From positions 151,902,001 through 151,966,000 of the forward strand of contig NC_058368.1 in NCBI RefSeq assembly GCF_018350175.1: 64,000 nt of DNA. Reading direction: 5' to 3'. Below, in pieces: positions 35,376 to 48,345 of the stretch. This stretch comes from Felis catus (lineage: Eukaryota). The position numbers were made by a program, and so were the translations under genes. Position 1 is the first letter of the stretch. Each line of letters starts with the position of its first letter. A model generated the notes under the pieces. That model worked only from the letters and a program-made list of their open reading frames with translations, was not told the DNA's origin and ran no database searches.

Positions 35376-35580
35376 TGGGCTCATATATGCCATTTGCTTT
35401 ACTAGCTGAATGACCTGGAGCAAGTTACTGCAACATTCTGTGCCTTAGTTTCCTCATCTTTAAAATGAGAATGACAGCAGTATGTATTCAGAGTTACTAT
35501 GGGAATTATGTGAGTTAATATGTGAAATGTGTGTAAATAAGTAACTGCATATACCATAACCTTGCAGGAAACATTAGCTT
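35376..35580 (+). mobile_element. MIR
   Basis: ttactagctgaatgacctggagcaagttac...ctgtgccttagtttcctcatctttaaaatgagaatga, the MIR core. Confidence 0.85.
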
Positions 35581-36528
35581 TTCGTAGTGGTAATGGTAAT
35601 ATTAAGTGATATTTTATCCTTCATCAAATGTTGGGCTCTTTACAACCAAACAGATGATCTCTCAATCGTTTTTGTATCCTAAGCCTCCCTCTCTTCATAC
35701 CTGACATTTAATAGAGGTCCGGTGCAAATTTATTGACTAACACAGGGTACCTGGTAACTTTTGTCTATTCACGTTAAAGGCATATGTTAAGCATTCCAAA
35801 TTAAATTGCAAATTGTACTAGGAAAGTGATATGCCCTTTCCTTTTTTATATTCCTCAAAGAACTTAATGCAGTAAAGAGAGGTACTCAGAAATAACATTA
35901 ATGAATAAATCGAGTATGAAATGGCATTAACCCTGAATAACCTAAATTCATTGTGTTCTCTTACGACATTTTTTTTTTCTTCTTCTGTAGTATCAGTTGT
36001 AGCATTATGGATAGAAGCTGCCAGGGCAGAAACTACATTTGGTTTCTGAACTGAAAAGTACTGAAAAGATTTTCAGCACTCAGTGAACAGTAATGACAAC
36101 AATAACAAAGATAATAAGTGCAGTAAACCCGTTAAGCAAGAATTACTTACAAAGTCTAGCCATTCTACTGTAGCTAAGGAAATGAAGCATGACTATTATT
36201 TGGAGATGAAAAGTCACTTTTCTTTCAAACCAAGGATACACCAGTGGCCATAAACAAATAAAGATGACTCAAATAAATTAAGTAGAAAATGTGAAGCTGC
36301 AAGTACTCCATATCAAGCTCATGTTTCAAATACTGTGAACCATGTAGCCCCCCTAGATGAGCTATAATGAAGGCAATACTTAATACTACGAAAGCCAAAT
36401 CAGAGGTTTGATTCTGTGAGTTAAGAACAATATTGATATTGAATTCAAAGAATTTCAAATTCCTATCAATCCATGCTATATGCCTGAAGATAACTGGTGC
36501 CATCAAAATAGAGACAGAAAGGAAAACA

Positions 36529-36737
36529 GCCTGGATGGCTCAGCCGATTAAGCACCATAACCTCAGCTCAGGTCAGGATCTCATGGTTCATGAGTTCGAG
36601 CCCCACATCAGGCTCTGGGCTGACAGCTCAGAGCCTGGAACTTGCTTCGGATTCTGTGTGTCCCTTGCTCTCTGTCCCTCTCCCACTTGTGCGCGTGCTC
36701 TCTCTCTCTCCCAATAATAAATAAACATTAAAAAAAT
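36529..36737 (+). mobile_element. CanSINE
   Basis: gcctggatggctcagccgattaagc, gagttcgagcccc, aataaataaacatt tail. Confidence 0.95.
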
Positions 36738-37179
36738 GGAAAACCAAGTTACTGAAAATACAGAAGACAAAGAGAGGAGAAATGAGTCAAATAACCAAAT
36801 AAGAAACCTTGAAAAACTGAACTCAGTATCCCTTTCATGGTAAAAACAAAAAAACAAAAAACCAGTAGAGGTGGGAGCAACTTGGCATCAGTGTCACATG
36901 ACTCCTATCAATACATTTATTCCTTCTGCAACCATTTACTGTGTTATTACTCTACTGAATCCTGGGGTAGAAGCTCATAAGTCACAAGCACCTTGATTTG
37001 AGATACATATGCTCAGGCATTTAATACTCATGAATGGACTGAGATTAATGGATCAAGAGTCTATGCCCAATTTAGCTTTTACATGGGTCAGAGTGTTACA
37101 ATTAACAAGAAAGCTACTGAGTGGCTACTAGAGGCCACATGCTGTTCTAAAGACCCCCCCCCCCAACACTAAAAGAAGT

Positions 37180-37552
37180 AGCTGTTAATATAATCTCCTT
37201 CTTGTATATAAGGAAACAGAGGCCCAGAAAAGTGAGGTAAATTGTACCATGTCACTAGTAAGTGACTAGTGCTAGTAAGTGCCAGAGCTGGTGTTTGAAC
37301 CCAAGCAGCCCTCGCTATATCTCAATAATAGCATTAGTGAAATCTGATTGAGTGCTTATTATGTACCAAGTGCTCTAAACACATTATATCGTTGATACTC
37401 TCAGGTCTGTGAGGTAGATACAGGTGAGCAACTCAGAGAGGAAAGGCCACTTTCTTAACAGCGTGTAGTTAATTAGTGATGAAGTTAAGATTTAAACGAG
37501 GAAGGCTATCTGGTTCAAAAGCCCATTCCTATAACCACCACACCACGCTGCC
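37180..37552 (-). mobile_element. Two adjacent MIR fragments
   Basis: ataaggaaacagaggcccagaaaagtgaggtaa...gtttgaacccaagcag, then attgagtgcttattatgtaccaag...aagatttaaac...taaccaccacaccacgctgcct. Confidence 0.75.
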
Positions 37553-38822
37553 TGCATCTGACCTCATTTCCATGCTTATATGAACGAGGCACATTACTGC
37601 ACAAGTACTCTGCATTATGCATCACTGAGAGACATGCAGATATTTTGTTCAACACAAAACAGAAAAAATGGACTCCCTCTGTCAAGTTTTTTCCATAAGA
37701 TAGAGGTTGCAGCAGAGTTTATAACAAAATGTCCAAAATGAATCAGTATATGTCTTAGCTCATCAAGGCTCCTTCCATTTTATTCATACTTCATGACTAA
37801 TAGACCTAACAGAGTGCTTCCCCCTATTTAGTAGGAAACAATAATCAGAAGGAGACCAGCATGAGATGAGGTATCAGAAGATTACACTTGTAATGGAAGA
37901 CAGTAGACAGCCTTGAACAAATCTTTCTTCATCATGATTTAAAGAAAGCAAACTGTGTTTTTTGTGTTGTTGTTGTTTTTTAAGAGTGCCTATATGCAGT
38001 CAAAAAGGATAGCAAAAGACACCAAAAAAAAAAAAATTAAAAGTGAGTCAACAATACTAAAAATAGAAATGGAAGATGAATGTCAATAACTTTGTAAATA
38101 AAGGTACATTAAAAGAAACAAAAAGTAGCACAGAAAATATGGAAAACACAATGGGGACAGGGAAGACCAACTTGAATAAACAGAATATAGTTAAATGGGG
38201 GAAAATAAATGTTTAGACATAATAAGAGATAAGGGAGATAAATTTGAAATATGTAAGTGTACATATGGGCATATACATATATTTTCATAGTTCTGAAGAA
38301 AACAACATGAAGTTTCTTAATAAGGTCATTGAAACAACAAAATAATTAAGATCAGAATTTGCATATTAAAATTATAAATTCTATCTTTAAAAAAATGAAA
38401 TGCATCAACCAATACCTCAGCATATTCTATAGAAGTTACTTAACAGACTTTAAGTTTAAAGAACTAATCCTAGACAAACAAAACAAATAACTATGTAGAG
38501 TAAAAAGAGAGAAAGTAAATAACCATTTAGAGTAAAAAAGGCAGGAGATTGCTAAGGGAAAGAAAAGGTTGCCTTCATTTTTTTATCACCGAAAAAACTG
38601 TTTTGTTTTGTTTTGTTTTTTAATAATTAAGGCAACAGATAAATGCTCCATGGAGCCTAAGCTAATCCAATCCCCATGAGCACACTTAACAACTACTTAA
38701 TCACAACATCCAACCTGACAGAGGTGAATCAAAGTAAAGACCAGGAATGGAAGCTTGAGATAAAATACAATGGTGAGCACTGATATAATTTATATAAAAG
38801 AATTAAGGATAAAAAATGTGGC

Positions 38823-38852
38823 TATTATTATTATTATTATTATTATTATTAT
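38823..38852. repeat. (TAT)n microsatellite
   Basis: Direct reading. Confidence 0.9.
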
Positions 38853-41800
38853 GGGTCAGTTATATAATGTTACAACCAACCAAACCAGGAGAGGGAGTGA
38901 AAAAAGAGAAGGGTGATGTAGGGAATGTACAGCCATTTCCAGGTAAGAGTTCAACAGATACTGGCTGATTCTGCGAAATAAACTTTTCAGACACAAGATA
39001 AAAATATTAACAAAATCAACCAAAACTAACATATATTCAGAGGGAGAGTAACACAAGTGTTAGTGAGCTGATTTCTTTATATTTTGATGCAGAGATTCAA
39101 TGGATTTTCTGAAGTTAATCAATTAAGCCACAGTTTTTAATATAGTTAAACTTACAATAGCAGCTCAAATGTCAATAACCATTCTAAGTAATTATAAGAA
39201 AAAAAGAAGTACATAAAAAGAAGGCACAATAAAATACAGACTGTTCCATGAGACTGGAAACAACGAAACATAAAATATAAATAAGGTTTTAGCACTAACA
39301 TCAATCATATTTCTCACAACAGTGAAGGTAAATAAAATAAAATAACCTATTAAGAATAAAAAATTATCTAATTTGATCCATAAGAGAGTCCAATCCCATT
39401 GGGAAATAAAATGAACTTTTAAAATAAAGTAGCTATAAAGAAATACAAGAAATGGATAGGCCAAGACATATTGGGAAAATGCTAACAAAAAAAGAAAGCA
39501 AAATGTGTGATATTAATATCAGAGTTGAAATCAAGGAGGAGAAAAAATATTAAAGGAATTAAAATAAGCACTTTAATTAAGTAGAACATATATAATAACA
39601 CTAGAGTATTTTTAAATTACATCTGAACTCATTTGGTCAAATAGGCCAAATAAATGTATACAGGTATAACTAGTAAAATATATCAATCCCCTTATGTAAA
39701 ATAGCATACAGATTAAGTTATACAGAAAACATAAAGCAATTTTTTGACAAGAGGTTTATTTAGAGAAACCCCCTGCCTACAATATACTACAATGACAGTA
39801 ACACAAAAGAAAAACATAATATACCAGCTATGTAAAGATTTAGAAGTTCTGTGTTCAGCAGCTCATGAGTTAAAAAAAATAAAAACAAAAAATAAAAAAA
39901 GCAAAGTGGAGAATATCTAGAATATAACAGTAACAAGTAATTATATATCAGAACTGATGAAAATTGACTAAAATTATTATCAAAAGAAAAAAATTATAGG
40001 CTTTAATAATTACCTTGCTAAACAACCAAGAATGAAATAAGTTAATTAACCATTCTACTAAGACAATTAGAAAAGTAACAATAACACGAAACTAAGAAAA
40101 TCAAAAGGAAGGAATTACTAGTGGCAAAAGCAAAACTGATAAATTAGAAAATAGAAAAAGAATTAAACAGCAAATTCAATGATGTATGGTCATATAAATA
40201 TGTATCATATATAACTGAATATATATTATGCACACACTAATATACAAACATATGTATGTTTATGACTCATATGCAAAAATACCTTTAGAAAGCACATATA
40301 GTAAAAAAAAGTAAAACTGAAATTTTTAGTAACTGTATATATTATATATACATACTATATATTATATACACATATATAACCACATACATATGTGTGCCTA
40401 TCTATGCGTTTGTACCTATGTTTGCATATATATGTCTGTTTATATAAACTAATCTTAGAAAAATAAGCTGAAGAATATAGCATTACATACGATATATACA
40501 CTAGGCAAAAAGTGAATTTGTTAGTAGATTCTAATGCAGGAAAAATGAAACTAATTATGAGAAAATACTTAACTCATGCACTGAAGATACATTTGAAAAT
40601 CTGAATAAAACGTATGCTTTATTGTGATAACAAGTTACAAATTTGTTTGAAAGGACAACAGAAGTCAAATGAAGGCAAATTTTCAAATTTTTCTGGGGAA
40701 AAAAATTGAGTATTTGTTTATCCCTGTTCCTGAGTAAACCGAACACTTCTTAAACAAAGGAGTTCTAGCGATGAATTATAACCAGCACTTAAGAAATAGA
40801 TAATTGCAGAGCTATTTGAAATATTCTAGAAAGCATACACACATATAACTTTGAAATTCATCTTTTATAAAGCCAACTTAAAACTAATGCTTTAAATATG
40901 GAAAATGATCTTACCAGAATTAAAAAGGGAGGAAAACTATAGACCCATACTGCTTTTTTATACAAACCAAAGCAAAAAGAGGAAATTCTTAGAATATTAA
41001 AAGAATACAATACAATTAAGGAGGTTTATATTTAAGTAATGTAAATATACATCTTATATATAATCTATCAATGTATTTAAAAATATAAGAAAATAAAAGC
41101 ATGTGATTTTTTTGTAGAAAGCACAAATTATTTGGTAAAGACTGATATCTAATCTTGATTTTTATAATTATTAATAAATGGTAATTGATATGTTGTAAAA
41201 CTATAATCTGATATATATGTCTAAAAGCAAAATCTATGATAATAATGGAATATTAAAACATCATCATTAAATCTAGTAACAATAAAACAGTATGTTTATG
41301 ACTACTATTATCTAAATATGTATTCTTGTTCTAGAAGTACCAGATGATGTACTTTAAAAAAATTCTTAAAAACCTGAAGTAATTTTTTAAATACAGATAT
41401 AAATACTGTAAAGGATAAAACAGTCATTTAAGATGATATACAACTGGAAAATTTAATTAGAATTAAAAACAACAGAAATATTTACCGGGAGAGCCAAATA
41501 CAAATAAATAAATATATGAACATTAATTGCTTTTTTGGAAACATATGCAGCTATAAAATAGAAATTAAGAACCTCATCTTTAAAATAAAGAGAATAAATA
41601 TCTAGGTGTGAAGTTAATCACAAATGTGAAAGATGTCTTTAAATTTTTTTTTTAATTCTACTGAAGGATATATATTCTTAAAAGGCTTCAAAAGTAAAAA
41701 AGGCAAAACTATTTCTTGCACAGAAAGACTCACTATTGTAAAAATGTAAGTTCAAACTAAGTTAATCTACAGATTTCACATGATCCAAATAAAATACCAA

Positions 41801-42135
41801 CAGCCTTATTTTTGGAACTTGAGCTAAGTGATTCTAAATTTCTTATATAAAAATAAACATGGAAAATTGGCAGGAAGTTTCTGAGAAAATAAAAAGTAGT
41901 AAAAGAGAATACCTTGGTAAGATAGTGAGGTATATTTTAATACTACTGTAATTATTTGATGCTGGTGTCTGAATAGGCAGACTGATCAAATGGGTCCAAA
42001 CAAAGTCAAGAAATAAACAGAAATACATGTGAGAGTTTAATATATAAAGGGATGGCATTTTAAATAAGTGAAAAAATAGCTTTCTTGGTAAATGATGTTG
42101 AGACAGCCAGCCATAAATTTAAAAAGCTGGTTACT

Positions 42136-42355
42136 GGGGCACCTGGGTGGCTCAGTCGGTTAAGCATCTAACTTCAACTCAGGTCATGGTCTCACGGTTG
42201 TGGGTTTGAGTCCCGTGTCAGACTCTGTGCTGACAGCTCAAAGCCTGGAGCCTCTTTTGGATTCTGTGGCTCCCTCTTTCTCTGCCCCTCCCCTGTTCAC
42301 GCTCTTCCTCTTTCCCTCTCTCTCAAAAGAAAAAAAACATTAAAATAAATTTTTA
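42136..42355 (+). mobile_element. CanSINE in old L1
   Basis: ggggcacctgggtggctcagtcggttaagc head. TSD aaaaagctggttact / aaaaatctggttact. Confidence 0.96.
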
Positions 42356-43459
42356 AAAAATCTGGTTACTGAGTTAAGAGTAGATCTCAATAAATTCCAG
42401 AGGTATTAAAGATAAATGTAAAAATAAAATTTTTAAAGTACTAAAAATTTTACATGTACAAAAACAGTTTTAATACGGAAATACTCTTTCTAAACAATAG
42501 GAACCATCCAGAAGAAGCACTAAAAAGGATTAATTTGACTACATAAAAATTTAAATATTCCATGCCCCAAACCACACAACATAAAGAATTTTTAAATAAT
42601 TTGTAAAACTTATTAAATAGGATAATTTTCTTTACTTGTAATACACATATGTAATTCTTTTTACAAATCGTAACTGGAAAACAGACACACATAGAAGAAA
42701 ATTTTGTCACACATATCTAATTATAAACTGAACTTAGCCTTTGACTCAGTAATGCAACTTTTGGGCATTTATACATGCATCTTTAAACAAACAACAAGGA
42801 TGTTCATCACAGCATACTTAAAACCAAAGTCTGCCAAGTCTCTAGATGTCAAGCAGTAATAAATGGGTTAAGTCAATTTCAGTCCACCCATAATGAAATA
42901 CTCTGCAGCTGTGATAAAGTAAGGGACACTCGAGAGCTGATAATGAAAATACCACCAAATATTATGTTTAAAAAAGTAAGAAGTATTTTATGCCTGCATG
43001 TATAAAAATCTTGTGGAAATATACCTAAGACTTTTACCTGAAAATTGGGACTGGAGAGCAAAGATGGGACAAAGAGTTGTTTTTCATGTTATGACTTCTT
43101 TAGTGTTTGGAATTTTTTGCATGTTAATGTATCACTTTTTAAATTAAAAAAATAAGGAAAAATAAAATGAAAAATCTGGGGGCTAAAGTAAGCATTCCTT
43201 AGACTCTCCATAAACTTCCTATTTGCATAATTTGACAATGGCCAATAAATTTCATAAAACTATTAAAGATTTCATAATAAAATTTGATGTCATAATTTCT
43301 CACCTTAATAGTTGTCCCCTCCTAGCAAAAATAATCCTGGGAGTCAGGGAAGGCAAAGTGATGTTCCATGATCAATATAATCTCTTTAAATATTAGTAAC
43401 ATAGCTACAAAAAGATTCGTACATACAAGTGAAGCTTTAAGAACTTAATAGCATGTATG

Positions 43460-43640
43460 TGACTTAGAGGAAAGAGTACAGGAACTGAATCCAGATCATC
43501 TGGGTTTCAAGTTGGCTGTACCACTTACTTGGGCAAGTTACTCAATCTTTAAAAGCCTCAACTGAATGACAAAATAGAGCTAAAGGTAACAACTTTACAG
43601 CATAGTTGTGAGGACTAAATTATGACATATTAACGTTGAA
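43460..43640 (+). mobile_element. MIR
   Basis: ctgggtttcaag...accacttacttgggcaagttactcaatc...agttgtgaggactaaat. Confidence 0.75.
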
Positions 43641-45529
43641 TAAAAATTCCAGGACTTTCAGTGTGATTGGATGGCTGTACAAGAGAGATTATCTTTGTGG
43701 TATTGTCTACAACAGCATCTTCAGGCCAGAAAATGGTTAGAGGTCTCAACAGATCCAAAGTAAATTCCAAGAAGCTATAAAAACAAGAGAATGGAAACCA
43801 CATGTAACTTAATAGAGTCTCAATTCACTAAGCAACTCCTGACCAATGTGAAAATCTCACAGAGCCATGTGGGTTATATTCAGCTGGTGGTGTTTTAAAT
43901 ACCCTTTAATTTGTTGTTGTTTTTAATGACCTGAATGAGAATTTTTAGGGTCTACTAAAGGAGCATTTTATTTGTTCCTTAACACTATCTCTTTTCTTCC
44001 AATTTTCTTCTCTCTCTGTTTTCTGCCTCGGATTCCATTACATAAATAGATAGACCCATGCCATATGTGTAATTTGCTTCAATTTCACTCTTTATCCTCT
44101 TACAGAAATCTGTTTCAAATGGACTATACCAACAGATCTAGAGGTGCTAACTAGATCAAACAGTTAATTCTGAAAAATTTGAAGGCTTTCCGTAACATTT
44201 GTTTATGTTGGCTTTTTCATTTAGTTTCTAGGAAAATTTTATCACTATGACAGTTAATTCAAATCCCAGCAAGACCTGGTAAGCAAATAACTTGCCAAGT
44301 TTTAACTAGAAGTACTTCTTAGCCTTTACCAAAAGAAGGACCAATTTGAGGTGTATTTCTATAATGGATGAGCCTTCTGTCTGAGTATTCCATTACCTCA
44401 TTCATTTTAAAGTCAATTTAGAACTCCTGAACAGTGCCAAATTTACAGCCCTGAGTCCAGACTCCCTTTTTTAGTCTAGAGAGAAGGCATTGCATAAGTT
44501 GTCATGCTGCAAGCCTTCTGAGCTAGCCCCACTCCATCATATCCTTATTCCTGATGGGACACAAGGGTTTCAGACTCTTAGTCTATCCAATAATGCAAGT
44601 ACCATTAAAGGTCAGCACATCTAGCTGCAACCTCAACTCCCCATCTTATGGGACATTATCTTATCACTAACACAATAAGCTGGCAGAGGCAACCAAGGTC
44701 TAAAATATCCAAGATTCAAGATACCAAAGATCTCTGCATTCACTCTATGATTACAAATCAGTAATCAGGAAGTTTATAAAATATTTAATTTGCCCAGATG
44801 TTTTTAAGAGCTCTCCCCTGAGAAACATGGACCCCCTAAATGTGCAGAATCTAGATTCAAGGAATGGACAATTACACTGTCTTATCTAAGAAGCAACAAG
44901 GTCATGGTCGTTTAGGGAGTTGAGTTAAACCTATTTGTGAGTACACTGTCTATAATTAGAATTTTCTGAGGGATAGGCTAAAGCATTGCAGGGATAGAGT
45001 TACCTTTGCTATTTCACAGTATCACTGCTATTGTGGGGCTGCTTACATCATTCTGTCAAATGTCCTGATGCATGAGGGAACAAAGAGCTTTGGCCCTACA
45101 AGACAGCTTGCTTTTTGTCACATATGCCCTGATCATTGCTGTCTAAGTCTTTTCCCTGTAGTTTCCTCTGCCTGAAAATATATGTTTCCTCTAGGTGGCC
45201 AATATGAAGTCTGCAGGAACATCAGGTGGGTGATATCGGGGGCACTGTGCTTTAGTAAGGAGGGTGAAAGCTATGCCCAAGTTGACGTTCTAAATTGGGA
45301 AAGACATCTATTTTCAAGTGTAGGATCAAGCAACAGAAAACAACATCAAGGGAGCTGGAATTTGAGAGGGGAGTGAAATCCAAGAGTCCAAGAGGAAAAT
45401 TTTCAAAATGTGAAGAATGTGTCCACAAAAATGTGTCTGAGGTTCATTTTTAACAAGATAGGACAGTACATTTCGAGGAGGCATTAGTCTGCTGGAAAGT
45501 CGAGTCAGGACAGCTGAGTGTATCTTCTC

Positions 45530-45830
45530 TCCTTTTTCCACCTACCGATGCCATTTTCAGCCTTGACGGCCTAATTCAAGTATCATCCATCTGAAGGCTC
45601 CTGAAACTCTTTCCTGAGTCTCAACAGAATGAATCATTCCTTCCTCTGAGCTCTCTTAAGACTTGCTCAAATTGCCTAGTTTGGAGCTTATCATTTTAAT
45701 ATAGTTAGTTATAGATTTATCTTCTTGAGTTGAGGCTAGGTATGGTATTTTATTCCTCTTTATATCCCTAAAACCTAATCAATTCATAAGGTGGATGCAT
45801 AATTTAAATTAGATGAATTGAACTCAAATA
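45530..45830 (+). mobile_element. L2 3' end fragment
   Basis: aattcaagtatcatcc...ttccttcctctgagctc...ttttattcctctttatatccc...gatgaattgaact. Confidence 0.6.
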
Positions 45831-46974
45831 TGACTTGCATCCTCCATGAGATCAGATTATATATAAAATAGGTCACAGAAGCTTTAATGAACCAGAGATT
45901 ATTTCCTAATTGATTAATTCTATGGCCACCCTAAAAGACATCTTAGCATAACCTTGGACAAGGCAAGAAATGTGCAAACAAACTGGACACAAGAATATAA
46001 AATTAAGCAAAAATATTACTGGAATTATCATGGGTATATGGATCAAGTGAGGTGAGTTTCAGATAGAAGATAAATTTACTTTCTGCAGCTGACTCGAAAA
46101 AGAGCTAGTAGGATGATGGGGGAAGAAATAATTCGATTGAGCCACCTACTGTGGAAGAATATTAAATATCTATGCTAATTGTGATACCAATAACTATTTC
46201 AAAGGCAAAGAATCATATTTATATCACTATAGTGGCATCCATGAAACATTTGGATAATTTTAGCTCAAGGTTTTAATCTTTCTGATTTTCAGAGCTTTCA
46301 CACTTGCAGTGCCCTATCATGTTCGGGAAGGAGTGCTTATTCATAAGAAGCTGTATCTTCATTCTTTAGTCATTAGCAAAAATGGGTCATAGATCATGTC
46401 ATGTTGTCTGTAACCTAGTTAGAATTCTGGCAGGAGGGAAGTTTCAAAATCATGATTTCATATAGGAACCTTTAAAAACTCATTAGCTTCTGATAATTAT
46501 ACTAATATCTAAAGCATTAAAATCATGGAGCTAATTTCTGCAAAAGATCAGCAGTGAACGTGTTCTGGGGAAGTTTTCTCTTTCAACTTTCTGGGAACAA
46601 AAGAGAAGGCAGTTCAGGGCTCTAACGTGACACCCTATTTCAGATGCAGAAGAGATAAAATTTCACAGAAGCATCACATCGTGAGTTAGCGGATTCTAAA
46701 ATGAAAAGCAAGAATATTAGAGCAACATCTCAAAATGTGACTCTGGGCACTGGAGAAGCCTCTCCACTTGTGATTGATTTGCATTTCTGCCTATGTCTGA
46801 ATTCATATACCATAAGCACAGATGGAGGTGTGATAGATTTTTTTTTTGAGCACATCTATTTATTCAGACACCGGATTCAGTCTCTGAGTAGAGAGATGGT
46901 AAAGGCTGCTGTGAGCAGATGGCACATAGGCACTATGACTTCACGAACAACATTCTTTAAAGATAAGTGGCACA

Positions 46975-47200
46975 GTAATAATAATAATACTTAGCACATA
47001 TATTGCACCTTTCGTCTGCCAACATTAACTAATTAATCTTCAGTAGACCCCTGTGAGATTAAGTAAGTGCTTGTAATGATCTCTATTATGCAGCAAAGTC
47101 ACCTAACAATGTGTCTGCATGTACTGTGGAAGAATTGGCCCAAGTTAAAGACCGGGTGGATCCAATTTGCATGGCTCTTTAAGATTTCTGCTCTAGTAGC
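46975..47200 (-). mobile_element. MIR-family fragment
   Basis: ataatacttagcacatatattgcacct...attaatcttcagtagacccctgtgag...gaattggcccaagtt. Confidence 0.5.
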
Positions 47201-48145
47201 AAAGACTAGTATTTCTAGACACCCTGCTGTTTGAGGCCTCAAGTAGATTCGAAGCAGGCTATCAATTGCAAGATGTATTTCATTCAGAAGGTTTCTGCTG
47301 CAGGGATCTAAAATAGGTCTGAGAGAAGTTGAGTCATTTTCTAAAGCCTGAGAGGCCATGGCTGGTCAGTCGGTGGTGTGGAATTACAGAGTCTCTGCCT
47401 ATTTCTCTTATGTTAAGTAGGCAGCTTGACTACCTATGATATCCAAGTCCTCCCATAAAGCCGTACCTGACCTCCACAATTCCTAATGATCTCTTTGTAC
47501 TCAGAATTCAGAAGATCTCATCTTTCAAACATCTCCTTCAGTACTAATGGCATATGGCATTTTTTACTACTATACATATTTGTACCATTATCTTTTTAGG
47601 CGATGTATACCTATGGGTTAAGAGTATCATAAGAATTAAATGAGCTAAAACACACTGAACTGAGAGTGATGACCGGCATATAAAAATTATTCTCCATAAA
47701 TATTAATATAACTATTTTATCATTATGTTATCTTGCTTTTTCCCTACTAGATCTTTCCCTACATGGCCTTGCACCAAGAAAAGATCATAAAGATATCTTA
47801 CATGTTCTAACAATTTACAGTTTACCAAGCAGTTGGTCAATCATCTAATTCTCAAAACAAACAAATATATCACTTAGCGGTAGGTAGTATTAGCTGTCTC
47901 TGATGGAGGAAGAAATTAAGATTCAGGAAAGATCAGCAAATTAAACAGGATAATTCAGCTAGAATATAAATCAACAGGAGCCTCAGGGATGTTGATTCCA
48001 AGACCAGTCCCGGGGAAGAATTCATCAATGATGGAGAATGTGCTTATTCAGCAGCTCTAATATCCCTAGGCTGCCCTTTTATCTTTTGCATGGTCTGCAC
48101 ATTTTTTGCAGTTTACACGCCTTCTGTTTAGATGATAATTTCCTT

Positions 48146-48345
48146 GGGGCACCTGGGTGGCTCAATCAGTTGAGCATCGGACTTCGGCTCAGATCATGAT
48201 CTCATGGCTCATGAGTTTGAGCCCCCCTCTGGCTTTGTGCTGACAGCTCAGAGTTGGAGCCTGCTTCAGAGTCTTTGTCTCCCTCTCTTTCTGCCCCTCC
48301 CCCACTCATGCTCTGTCTCTGTCTCAAAAATAAATATTTTAAAAA
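48146..48345 (+). mobile_element. CanSINE
   Basis: TSD ttagatgataatttcctt 48128-48145 / ttagattataatttcctt 48346-48363. Confidence 0.96.

Larger units (their letters stand above)
37880..43170 (+). mobile_element. Long, highly decayed ancient L1 (L1ME-like), ORF1 through 3' end
   Basis: A-rich, with colinear L1 landmarks: ORF1-like ~38050-38640, endonuclease-like ~39290-39900 (gaaaatgctaacaaaaaagaaagca), aaactatagaccca ~40935, aagactcactattgtaaaaatg ~41726, and an L1ME-type 3' end (gtttggaattttttgcatg...atcacttttt) ~43100. Confidence 0.8.

Noticed and set aside
43650..46110. Possible CR1/L3 remnants (also ~54560-54820) and other MaLR/L2 traces (~27480, ~32780, ~33900-35350, ~36850)
   Set aside because: Similarity too faint to assign family or boundaries without a Dfam search.
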